Of a stretch of DNA of 64,000 nucleotides, positions 8,871-17,606 are shown in pieces. The position numbers and the translations under genes were made by a program. Source of the DNA: Vulcanimicrobiota bacterium (GTDB lineage Bacteria; Vulcanimicrobiota; Xenobia; Xenobiales; JADMJV01); contig JBFWNU010000006.1 of the NCBI GenBank assembly GCA_050250895.1, forward strand, positions 87,513-151,512. The letters are read 5' to 3'. The stretch's first letter is position 1. Every line of letters starts with the position of its first letter. Under the pieces are notes generated by a model. It was not told the origin of the DNA. It did no database searches and worked only from the letters and a program-made list of their open reading frames with translations.

Positions 8871-10718
8871 TTGGACGGGAGAGACCTGTCAACCGACCTG
8901 GAAGCTCTCGAGCAACTGCGCGAGTTGCTCTTTGGTGAAGAACTGGCTCAGCTCAAGGCGATTCGCCGCGACCTCAAGCGTTTTCCCACGCCCGAGGAGG
9001 TGGCCCGGGCGCTGCCCGCCGCGGTGGCCCTGTGCGACGAGAAGGGGGTGGCCCTGCGCGAAGCTCTGGCCCCGCCGGTCGAACAGGCTCTCAAAGTGTC
9101 GGTCCGGGAGAATCCCCAACCCCTGTTGGACGTGATCTTCCCCCTGCTGGGTCCGGCCATCCGCCGGGCCGTGCAGTCGGCCCTGAGGGGGGCCGTTCAG
9201 TCGCTCAATCAGGCCATGGAATACAGCCTCAATCCTCACTTTCGCTTTCAGGCCTGGCGCTCCGGGCTCTCCTTTCCCGAGTATGTCCTGTTGGCTACTT
9301 TGATTTATCGGGTCGAGCACGTCTTTTTGATCCATAACGAGACCGGTTTGGTGTTGGCGCAGGCTGACGATCCCGAGGCTGAAACCACGGACGCCGACAT
9401 GGTGGCCGGCATGCTCTCGGCGATTCAGTCGTTTATGGCCGACTCTTTCAAGCCAACGGCTGGTGACACGCTCGAAGAGGTGCAATATGGAGAGTTGGCT
9501 TTGCTGGTCATCGGGGGCAGCGATGCCAGCCTGACCCTGGCAGTGCGCGGGCAGGCCCCGGAAGAACTCAGAGTGAGGGCTCAGGAGCTCCTCGAAGGCA
9601 TCCACTTTCGGGACGCCGACGCCCTCGAGGACTTCGATGGAGACACCGCCCCTTTTGAAGCCTGTCGCCCGCTCCTCGAACGGTTGATTGAGAGTCAGAG
9701 CAAGCCGCCCAGCTCCGTGCCCTCGCGAGCGGCCCTGATGGCCGTGGGGGTGGCGGTCATCGTGATCGGCCTGGGTCTGGGCTACGCAACGGTGCATGAG
9801 ATGCGCTTCCGCTCGATGCTCGGGCAACTCGAGGCCGAGCCCGGAGTGCTGGTGACCAGGGTGGAGCGGGGACCCACCGGCACCGACCTTTTCGGTCTGC
9901 GGGACCCCCTCTCGGCCGACCCCGACCCCGTCGTTCGCGCTTTCGACCCCGACATTCGCACTCACTGGGAGTCGATTCAGAGCAACGACATGGTGATGAC
10001 TCGCAAACGGGTTCAGCAAATCCTGGCCCCTCCTCAGACGGTCAAGTTGCTGTTGGAGGACGGCACCCTGCGAGCGGTGGGCCGGGCCACCAGCGAGTGG
10101 ATCGAGCGCACCCGGCTGTTGGCGCCTACCTTACCAGGCGTGGAGCACTACATCGAAGCCGGTCTGGAAGACCTCGACCCCCTCAACCGGGTGCGCGCCC
10201 AACTGGGCACCCCCGACTCGGTGGTGCTGGCCCTCGATGGTCGCCACCTGGTTGCTTCGGGAGTAGCCGAGAACGCCTGGATTCGGGCCGCAACCGAACG
10301 GCTCGAGAAGCATCCCGATGTCGATAGCTTTGACGTCGCGGCGCTCGAGAATCTGGAGGAGTCTCGTCTGCGTCAGAAACAGACGGCCCTTCAGTCGCGC
10401 TACATCTACTTTCAGGAAGGCACCACCGTGATGAAAGAGCCGGCCTCGAGCGTGCTCGACCAAACGGCGCGCGATTGGGCCGCCATCGTAACGATGGCCG
10501 ATAAATTGCAGCGGGCTCCGGTGCTGACTCTGATCGGTCAAAGTGACGCCGTAGGCACGCGCGAGATCAACGAACGCCTCAGTCTCGAACGCGCTCGCCT
10601 GGTGCAGAACGAACTGGTCAGGCGTGGCCTCAAGCAAGAGATGAAGGTCGATTCCTTGATCAGCCCCAATGAAGACCCTCGGCTCCGCCGCGTGCTTTTT
10701 CAGCTGGATCTGCGTTAG
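8871..10718 (+). CDS. Membrane protein with a C-terminal OmpA-like domain and an N-terminal cytoplasmic helical plus longin/roadblock-like region
   Basis: One TM (ALMAVGVAVIVIGLGLGY), two BON-like repeats (P.tV.L.L-dg.L.A.G.A...WI), OmpA-like IGQSDAVG...NERLSLERA. Confidence 0.82.
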   Translation: MDGRDLSTDLEALEQLRELLFGEELAQLKAIRRDLKRFPTPEEVARALPAAVALCDEKGVALREALAPPVEQALKVSVRENPQPLLDVIFPLLGPAIRRAVQSALRGAVQSLNQAMEYSLNPHFRFQAWRSGLSFPEYVLLATLIYRVEHVFLIHNETGLVLAQADDPEAETTDADMVAGMLSAIQSFMADSFKPTAGDTLEEVQYGELALLVIGGSDASLTLAVRGQAPEELRVRAQELLEGIHFRDADALEDFDGDTAPFEACRPLLERLIESQSKPPSSVPSRAALMAVGVAVIVIGLGLGYATVHEMRFRSMLGQLEAEPGVLVTRVERGPTGTDLFGLRDPLSADPDPVVRAFDPDIRTHWESIQSNDMVMTRKRVQQILAPPQTVKLLLEDGTLRAVGRATSEWIERTRLLAPTLPGVEHYIEAGLEDLDPLNRVRAQLGTPDSVVLALDGRHLVASGVAENAWIRAATERLEKHPDVDSFDVAALENLEESRLRQKQTALQSRYIYFQEGTTVMKEPASSVLDQTARDWAAIVTMADKLQRAPVLTLIGQSDAVGTREINERLSLERARLVQNELVRRGLKQEMKVDSLISPNEDPRLRRVLFQLDLR

Positions 10719-10799
10719 CACCGCATTCGCAGCAGAAGTAGGTCCTTCAATCCCACCGATGGGGCAGGGCGCCCGACCACTGGGCCGAAAAATACGCTG

Positions 10800-11621
10800 A
10801 TGTTCTGCAAGAACTGTGGCTCAGCCCTTAGCTCTCAGGTTTGCGATTTCTGCGGAACGGTTGAAGCCGAGGTGGCTCAGGCTCCGGGTTCGGGACCGGT
10901 TGCCCAGCCCTTGGGCGAGGGCTTCGAACTCGAGCGGACCTTTAGCGATTCCCAGCGGGTCCACGACCAGGCCGTTGCCCACAGCCTGGCCATGGAGACG
11001 CACCGATTGCGAAGCGCCCGGGCCTTGAGGTGGGTGGTGACGGCGCTGCTCGGGTTGTCTTTGTTGGGGGGGCTCTACTATCTTTTCGCTCATTTGGTTT
11101 TGAGCGAGTCGGCCCTCAATGCCGCTGTCATGAGAGTCTCGGAACGAGAGTATCCGCTCGCTCACCACGAGGCTGCCAGGGCTGCCAACATTCTTTCACT
11201 CGAAGTCGAGCCGGTCTGTTTGGACGGAGCTATCTATGTGCTCGAGGCGATCGCCCCGGGAAAGTACTCGCCCAGTCCGGAGGAGTGTTATCCGATGGCC
11301 CGTTTTCGATTGGAGAAAGCGGCCAAGCTGGAGCCTGACTATGGCCCGTCCCATTTCTATCTAGGCGTGGTCTATGTGCAACAAGGCGAACGAGCCATGG
11401 CTGTGGCCGAGTTCGAGCGAACACTCGGGCTGCTTAATCGCGCTGACGGCCGGCCGTTGACAGCAGCCTTCGCCGACGCATCGACCGCCCTTTTGGCCGC
11501 GCTCCACAGCAACCAGACGCGCTTTGAATTCTACTCGGGGGCTCCCACGGCCAACGGTCAAGCGGTCCCCAGCAAAGAAGGAGCCTTTCGTGTCCCATTC
11601 GGACGCTACCCGCCTGACTAA
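10800..11621 (+). CDS. Zn-ribbon / TM / TPR-like hypothetical protein
   Basis: CKNC..CDFC at the N-terminus, one TM segment, TPR-like SHFYLGVVYVQQGERAMAVAEFERTL. Confidence 0.7.
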   Translation: MFCKNCGSALSSQVCDFCGTVEAEVAQAPGSGPVAQPLGEGFELERTFSDSQRVHDQAVAHSLAMETHRLRSARALRWVVTALLGLSLLGGLYYLFAHLVLSESALNAAVMRVSEREYPLAHHEAARAANILSLEVEPVCLDGAIYVLEAIAPGKYSPSPEECYPMARFRLEKAAKLEPDYGPSHFYLGVVYVQQGERAMAVAEFERTLGLLNRADGRPLTAAFADASTALLAALHSNQTRFEFYSGAPTANGQAVPSKEGAFRVPFGRYPPD

Positions 11622-12147
11622 TTGTCGGGCTTGCGCCGCACCCCTGTCGGACTTTGTCACGGGTCGTTGCCAGTATTGCGGTCGGGTCAACGATCTCGAC
11701 TTGCGGCAGCTGGACGCGGGCCAATCCTTGGGAGGCGCAGCCCAGTCTCGCTGCCCCCGCTGCCGAGAGGCGTTGTTGAAGCTTGAGATTCAGTTTGGGG
11801 TCCCCTTTGAACTCGAGCGTTGCAAGCGATGTCTGGGTGTCTTCTTCGAGGTAAGCGAGCTCGAGCGTCTGCTCCGCCTGATCGCCAGCGACCGGAGCAT
11901 CGACCAAGGTCGTCTACAGCGGTTGATGGCCGAGCACAAGGAAGCTTGGCCGGTTAGCTATCTTCCATGTCCGGCCTGCGCAGAACCGATGACTCGAACC
12001 TGCTTTGGCCAAAGTCCCGTCATCATCGACCGCTGCAAGGCTCACGGAGTCTGGCTCGATGGTGGCGAACTGGGGCGTTTGCTGGTGTGGGCCCGAGCCG
12101 GCGGACTGGGAGAGGTAGAGGCAAGCCACTGGGAAAGCCCAGCTTAG
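11590..12147 (+). CDS. zf-TFIIB-like zinc-finger protein (tandem fingers)
   Basis: CRAC/CQYC, CPRC/CKRC-GVFFEVSEL, CPAC/CKAHGVWLDGGEL. Start uncertain. Confidence 0.75.
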   Translation: MSHSDATRLTNCRACAAPLSDFVTGRCQYCGRVNDLDLRQLDAGQSLGGAAQSRCPRCREALLKLEIQFGVPFELERCKRCLGVFFEVSELERLLRLIASDRSIDQGRLQRLMAEHKEAWPVSYLPCPACAEPMTRTCFGQSPVIIDRCKAHGVWLDGGELGRLLVWARAGGLGEVEASHWESPA

Positions 12148-13664
12148 TGGAGTTGGTCGCTACCCATATCAAAACCCGCGAATCGGTTCGGTTTGCTTTG
12201 GGCGAAGGCAGCTACACTCTGGGCCGGGCCACCGCCGATGACCCCGACGACAAGCTTGCCATTGGCTTCGATGGCAAACTTTCGCGCCGGCACGCTCGGC
12301 TCGAAGTGCAGGGGCAACGGGTGAAGGTGAGCCGCGACGGAAGTCGCTATCCCCTCTATCGCGATGGCCGCGAGAGCGAGGAGTTCTATCTGGCTCCCGG
12401 CGAGCGTTTCAGTTCGGCCGAGACTCTTTTCGAGGTCGAGGCCGAGCCGGCCGAACAAACCATCTGCCTGGCTCGACTCGGCATCGACACCGCCAACCAG
12501 CGCAACGCCGAGAAGGTGCTCGAGGTGGTGCTAGGGCTTCAACCCTTGCTGTGTGGGTGCCCCGGTGAGCAGTTGTTTGTCGAGGTGCTGGCTCTCTTGC
12601 GACGCCTGTTACCCACGGCCACCGTGCGTTTTCTTCGTCTGGACGAACACGGCCGACCGCTCGACGAAGGCCAGCCCCGACCCAGTCGTCGGTTGGTGCG
12701 AGACTGCCTGGAGCAAAGAGAGCCGGTTTATCATCTCTTCGGCAGCAGTCCGTCAGATGCCGCCACCGTGGTCGAGGGAGTGGGCTGGGCCCTGGCTGCT
12801 CCGGTGGTGGGAGGGGAGCAGCGCTACGTTCTCTACGCGGTCGGCCGCGAGGACCGCCAGGATGCTCCGGGAGAGCGGGACCGGGCTGCTCTGGCTCTGA
12901 TTGCTTCGGTGCTGTCCCAGCATCTGGAAGGGCGCCGGGTGGCCCACCTGCAGGCTCAGATGGAGGCCGAGCGCAAGGCCATCCAGAGCAGCAAACTGGC
13001 GGCGGTCGGGCAACTGGCGGCCGGGATGGCCCACGAGCTGAACAATCCTCTGGCCACGGTGAAGCTGGCTCTGGATTACGCTCGTCTCAAAGCGGTCGGG
13101 GACGAGACGGTGAGGCGGCGTCTGGAGGCGGCCAACCTCGAGCTCGAGCGGGCCCACCGCCTGGTGGAGCAGTTGCTGCGCTACAGTCGAGAGGGAGGGC
13201 ATAGGCAGTTTCTATGCCTGGGAGAGATGGTCGAAGACACGCTGGCCATGGTGCGGGGCGGCTTTGAGGAGACCGGGCTCGAGTTGCAGCATCGGCGCCA
13301 GAATGAGGTCTACGTCGAGGGTGAGGCCAACGAGCTTCAACAGTTGTTGCTGAACCTGTTGCTCAACGCGCGCCAGGCCAATCTCGATCACGGTCAAGGC
13401 CTGATTGAAGTCCGAACCGGGGCTGACGAACACGCCTTTCTCGAGGTGCGGGACCGGGGTCCGGGTCTGGCCGCCGAGGTGCGGCGCCGAATGTTCGAAC
13501 CGTTTTTCACCACCCGCCCGGTCGGTCAGGGAGCCGGGCTGGGGCTGACCATTGCTCGTGACATTGCTACCGCTCACGGAGGCACGCTGGAGGCTCTGGA
13601 TAGCTCTGACGGAGCTATTTTTCGATTGACGCTGCCCAGGGCGACCGATAACCGCAGCTCTTAG
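12147..13664 (+). CDS. FHA domain + GAF-like + histidine kinase
   Basis: FHA LGR...SRRHA, H-box AHELNNPL, NLLLNA, DRGPG, FEPFFTT, GAGLGL. GTG overlaps the upstream stop. Confidence 0.88.
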   Translation: MELVATHIKTRESVRFALGEGSYTLGRATADDPDDKLAIGFDGKLSRRHARLEVQGQRVKVSRDGSRYPLYRDGRESEEFYLAPGERFSSAETLFEVEAEPAEQTICLARLGIDTANQRNAEKVLEVVLGLQPLLCGCPGEQLFVEVLALLRRLLPTATVRFLRLDEHGRPLDEGQPRPSRRLVRDCLEQREPVYHLFGSSPSDAATVVEGVGWALAAPVVGGEQRYVLYAVGREDRQDAPGERDRAALALIASVLSQHLEGRRVAHLQAQMEAERKAIQSSKLAAVGQLAAGMAHELNNPLATVKLALDYARLKAVGDETVRRRLEAANLELERAHRLVEQLLRYSREGGHRQFLCLGEMVEDTLAMVRGGFEETGLELQHRRQNEVYVEGEANELQQLLLNLLLNARQANLDHGQGLIEVRTGADEHAFLEVRDRGPGLAAEVRRRMFEPFFTTRPVGQGAGLGLTIARDIATAHGGTLEALDSSDGAIFRLTLPRATDNRSS

Positions 13665-15999
13665 CGTGGTCGTTCTCGGCGGCCCGCCACTGCTGCCACC
13701 AGCCGGCGAACTCGTCGTGGTCGAGCATGCGAATACGGGCTGTGTCGTCAAATACCCAGCCCGTCACGCCCGTAACCCGCAGACGCCAGAGCGAGGCGGG
13801 AGCGTCCTCGTCCCAGGCAGCCGGTGGGCGCGGCTTGCGCCAGACGGTGACAGTGTCGGACATGCTGACCAGGTCACCTTGGGGCTGAACATAGACCCAT
13901 TGGGCCTGGTCCTCGGTCTCCACAGCCGGCCAGGCCGGCTGGCCCGAACTCAGGTTATAGCCGCGCATCAGGCCGTCACGGGTGACACACACCAGCAGTT
14001 GGCCGTCCGGGCTGAAGTTCATGTCATTGAGGGTCCGTCCCACCTCGACCTCGGCCAGCAATGGCCCGTTGGTCTGCCAGACTTTGAGTTGGCGATCGCC
14101 GTCGTGGACCGCCAGTCGCGAGCAGTCGGGAGAAAAGCGCAACAGTTCGCCGCGGAGCATCGGGGAGAGCGAGACCCGGCGATAGCCGTCCTGGCGTCGA
14201 TAGAGATCGACCGGGTCGTTGTCCCAACCCACCGCCAGGTCGCCTTCACGAGAGAGAACCGGAGCCGAGATCTGAGCGGGGTGCAAGCGCGGCTCGAACA
14301 CGATCCGACCGGTTCGGTCGCGCACCAGCAAGCGGCCGGTGGTTTCGCGCTCGGCCCGCAGGATCCGATCGGGGCGGATCATCAGGCTCATCAGCCGGGT
14401 CTGGTCCAGGGGCGAGGCGCTGACGCTGACGCTCTCGTTCCAGGTGGCCGGCCCACCCCGACCGTGCTGGGGGTCGAGCAGCACGCCCTCGAGCTGATAG
14501 CGAATCTTGTCGCGCTGGTCCCAGTCGAGAGGGCCAAATTCGGCCGGTAGGGGCGAGGTCTTGCCGCTCACCAGGTCGAGCACCAGCCGCTGGGTGCGGT
14601 CGGCCGGATTGCGGATCAGGGTGTAGGTTCCGCTGGGGCTGGGCGAGGGGTTGCAGGCTCGCCGATACAGGTCAGGCCCGGCCAGATAGGGCAGCGACCC
14701 AAGCTCGCGGGCCAGGCTGCGACGATACTCGGGTTCGGGCTCGGACTCGAGGGCTCGGACCATCCACACCAGTCCGCTGGAGCGGCCCTGCTCGACCAGG
14801 GCTTTGCCTCGGTCGAACTGGGATTGAGCCAGTTGCTGGCGGGCCTCGCGCCGGGCCTGGTAGACCCGTCGGGCGGCCAGGGCCGAGCCCGCCGTCAGCA
14901 CCAGCAGGGCCACCATCGCCACCGAGACCGCCTTGCGATTGCGGCTCAGATAGCGTTCGAGCACGTAGCCCTTGGTGGCGGGCAGGGCCCGCACCGGCAA
15001 GCGTTCGCGGCGGCGCCAGAGGTCCTCGAGCAACTCTCCCATGCCGGCGTAGCGTCGCTCGGGCGAGAGCTCGAGACAGCGCTCGACGATGGCGGCCAGA
15101 CAGCGGTCCACCTGGGGATTGAACCGGGTTACCGATACTAGCTCTGAAGCTTTGAGCAAACTGCGATAGAGGGCCATCTTTTCGTGCGCGGGCTCGGTTT
15201 CACCCAGGCGCGCGCGAGCCTGCTGGTCGGCTCGGGGCGGACGGCCGGTCAGCAGGCGATAGATGGTCGCCCCGAGCGCATAGACATCCCAGGCAACATC
15301 GGGTGCCTGGACGCTCTCCGAAGGCAGTTGAGCCTGCTCCGGCGGCATATACCAGAAGGTGCCCAGCCGGACGGCGTCGCCCTCGAGTTCGACCGCCTTG
15401 CCGAAGTCGACCACTCTGGCTTGCCCTTCTTCCCCCAGCAGAATGTTGGAGGGCTTGAGATCGCAGTGCAAGATGCCCCGACCGTGCACGGCCTGCAGCG
15501 CCTGAGCGATCTGCCAGAACCACAGCACCACCTGCTCGATGTCGGCCTCGGGCACTCGCTCCTCCAGCGAAGCGCTCAGTAAGGGGGTCACCAGGTAGGG
15601 AGGCTCGTGGTCGAGACGGGCATCGAGCAGGGTCACGATATTGGGGTGCTCACTGACCCGAGAGAGACGCTCGACCTCGCGCTGCCACTGGGTCAGAGCC
15701 TCGGGGCGGCCGCTGAGGACTTTGATGGCCACCGGTTGGCCGGTACTTTGCTGCACGCCGCGATAGACCTGACCAAAGGCGCCCCGACCCAGCAAACCCT
15801 CCAGCCGATAGCCGGGTAGGGAAGGAGGTGGGCCCGCCACCGAGGTCTGGCGAGCCAGATCCAGCGAAAGGTCCCCCGCGGTGCCGGTGAGGTCCACGCT
15901 CTGCTCTGGCTCAAGCGTCGCCGCCGGCCCGGGTTTGCCAGTGGATAGCCAAAGGCCGGCTAGCGCCACCAGAATCAACGTCGCCACAACCAGGCCCAC
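13615..15999 (-). CDS. Hanks-type Ser/Thr protein kinase with TM and C-terminal WD40-like repeats
   Basis: GRGAFG, VAIK, HCDLKPSN, DFG, GTFWYMPPEQ, DVYALG. C-terminal FSPDG-type repeats. Confidence 0.9.
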   Translation of the reverse strand: MGLVVATLILVALAGLWLSTGKPGPAATLEPEQSVDLTGTAGDLSLDLARQTSVAGPPPSLPGYRLEGLLGRGAFGQVYRGVQQSTGQPVAIKVLSGRPEALTQWQREVERLSRVSEHPNIVTLLDARLDHEPPYLVTPLLSASLEERVPEADIEQVVLWFWQIAQALQAVHGRGILHCDLKPSNILLGEEGQARVVDFGKAVELEGDAVRLGTFWYMPPEQAQLPSESVQAPDVAWDVYALGATIYRLLTGRPPRADQQARARLGETEPAHEKMALYRSLLKASELVSVTRFNPQVDRCLAAIVERCLELSPERRYAGMGELLEDLWRRRERLPVRALPATKGYVLERYLSRNRKAVSVAMVALLVLTAGSALAARRVYQARREARQQLAQSQFDRGKALVEQGRSSGLVWMVRALESEPEPEYRRSLARELGSLPYLAGPDLYRRACNPSPSPSGTYTLIRNPADRTQRLVLDLVSGKTSPLPAEFGPLDWDQRDKIRYQLEGVLLDPQHGRGGPATWNESVSVSASPLDQTRLMSLMIRPDRILRAERETTGRLLVRDRTGRIVFEPRLHPAQISAPVLSREGDLAVGWDNDPVDLYRRQDGYRRVSLSPMLRGELLRFSPDCSRLAVHDGDRQLKVWQTNGPLLAEVEVGRTLNDMNFSPDGQLLVCVTRDGLMRGYNLSSGQPAWPAVETEDQAQWVYVQPQGDLVSMSDTVTVWRKPRPPAAWDEDAPASLWRLRVTGVTGWVFDDTARIRMLDHDEFAGWWQQWRAAENDHAKSCGYRSPWAASIEK

Positions 16000-16077
16000 G
16001 GCCCGCCGCTTCGCGGGAGGCCGCCCGTTTTCCCTATCTTGACGACCCTAAAAGCCCTGGGTTAGGCTGTTTGCAAG

Positions 16078-17268
16078 CTGCAAGACTTTCCGCTAGAACC
16101 GGTTCCGGCCGAGGCCCGCCAGAGCGACCTCTCGCTTTGCTTTGTGTTGCTGGGGTTCACCTTTTTCACGGCCACCATGTTTGCGGGGGGCAAAGTCGGC
16201 GTCGCCTTCGAGCTCGGTGCCCTGGTAGCGGTGGTGCTGGTGGCCAATCTTTTGTTGGCAGGCTATGCCGCCATCCTGGGTGTGGCCGCTTTCCGCAGCG
16301 GCCTGCCCACGACCGTGATGGCCCGCTACTGCTTTGGCGAGTGGGGCAGCCGCTGGTCCGATTTCTTGCTGGGCTTTACTCAAATCGGCTGGTATGCCTG
16401 GGGGACGGGCACGGTGGCCGTCGTTTTTGTTCGCCTGGCTGGTCTTTCCCCGAGTTGGCAGCTTCCTCTGATGTTCTTCTTTGGCCTGTTCTTTTGCATC
16501 ACGGCCTATGTCGGCTACCGAGGGCTGGACCTGTTGGCTCGGGTGACGGTCCCGCTGATGGCGGCCCTGATCTTCTGGTCTTTGGCCCGGGCCGCCGCCA
16601 ACTATGCTCCCATCGCCCCCACCGAGTCGTTGGGATGGGGCCAGGCGCTCACCATCATCGTCGGCACCTTCGTCTCCGGAGCCACGCAGTCGACCAACTG
16701 GACACGCTTTGCTTCCAGCCAGCGGGGGGCGATTGGGGCTACCCTGGCAGCTTTCTTGTTGGGCAATGGCCTGATGGTCTTCTATGGTGCCTTCGCAGCC
16801 ATCGTCTATCAACAGCCCGATGTGGTCGAGGTGCTGGCCCTCCAGGGGATCGTCGTGGGGGCCGCGGTCATGTTGTTCGGCAACATCTGGACCACTCAAG
16901 ACAACACCATCTATAACTTCTCGGTAGCCGGCTGCAGTCTCTTGCGCACCGACAATCGGCGGCTGGTCACCCTGGTGGGAGCCCTGCTCGGCACGCTGCT
17001 GGCCGTGTTCGGATTCGCCGACGCTCTGGTTCCTTTTCTACTGCTCCTGGGCACCTGGATTCCACCCCTGGGCGGGGTCATCATGGCCGATTTTTTCTGG
17101 GTGCGGGGGGGAGCCTATCCGCCTCTGTCCGAGGACCTGCCGGCGCTACATTGGCCCGGGATCCTGGCTTATGCGGCCGGGGTGGCGGCCGCCCTCTGGG
17201 TGCCGGGAGTGGCGCCCGTCAACGGGGTGGTGACGGCTTTTCTGGTCTATCGGCTGGCCAGCCGCTGA
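16078..17268 (+). CDS. codB: Cytosine permease (NCS1 family)
   Basis: TQIGWYAWG, IVGTFVSG, GNGLM, NIWTTQDNTIY and multiple TMs. Similarity appears to extend upstream of GTG 16144 (QDFPLEPVP), so the start is uncertain. Confidence 0.85.
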   Translation: MQDFPLEPVPAEARQSDLSLCFVLLGFTFFTATMFAGGKVGVAFELGALVAVVLVANLLLAGYAAILGVAAFRSGLPTTVMARYCFGEWGSRWSDFLLGFTQIGWYAWGTGTVAVVFVRLAGLSPSWQLPLMFFFGLFFCITAYVGYRGLDLLARVTVPLMAALIFWSLARAAANYAPIAPTESLGWGQALTIIVGTFVSGATQSTNWTRFASSQRGAIGATLAAFLLGNGLMVFYGAFAAIVYQQPDVVEVLALQGIVVGAAVMLFGNIWTTQDNTIYNFSVAGCSLLRTDNRRLVTLVGALLGTLLAVFGFADALVPFLLLLGTWIPPLGGVIMADFFWVRGGAYPPLSEDLPALHWPGILAYAAGVAAALWVPGVAPVNGVVTAFLVYRLASR

Positions 17269-17270
17269 AT

Positions 17271-17501
17271 CTACTCTTGCTCTTCTTGCTTTCGCTGGAT
17301 CTTGCGGATCAGGCGTTGGCGGGCCTCGAGATAGCTCGAGAGAAAGTAGCCGAGCACGCCAAAGGCCAGCGCCATCTCGCCGGCCATGATGGCTCGTGGC
17401 AGATGCTGACCGTGGATACCCAGTGCCCCGGGTTGCACGATGCCCAGGAACAGACCGAAAACGAGGCCGATCAGGATGGGCTTGCCGTGTCGTTCCAGCA
17501 T
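17271..17501 (-). CDS. Small two-TM hypothetical membrane protein
   Basis: 76 aa with two hydrophobic segments and a charged tail. Fills the gap between codB and the vWA gene. Confidence 0.55.
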   Translation of the reverse strand: MLERHGKPILIGLVFGLFLGIVQPGALGIHGQHLPRAIMAGEMALAFGVLGYFLSSYLEARQRLIRKIQRKQEEQE

Positions 17502-17606
17502 ACCGATCTGTTGGCCCTGAACTGGCTCGAGTCCTGGCGGCGGGAAAAGTTCACTGAGTTCAGCTCCCTGGCCAGACTATGCTGGGGTCACTCAAGGAGG
17601 CACGTC

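Noticed and set aside
17151-17606. N-terminal extension of the vWA ORF
   Set aside because: It overlaps codB and a minus-strand ORF, and a strong SD precedes ATG 17607.
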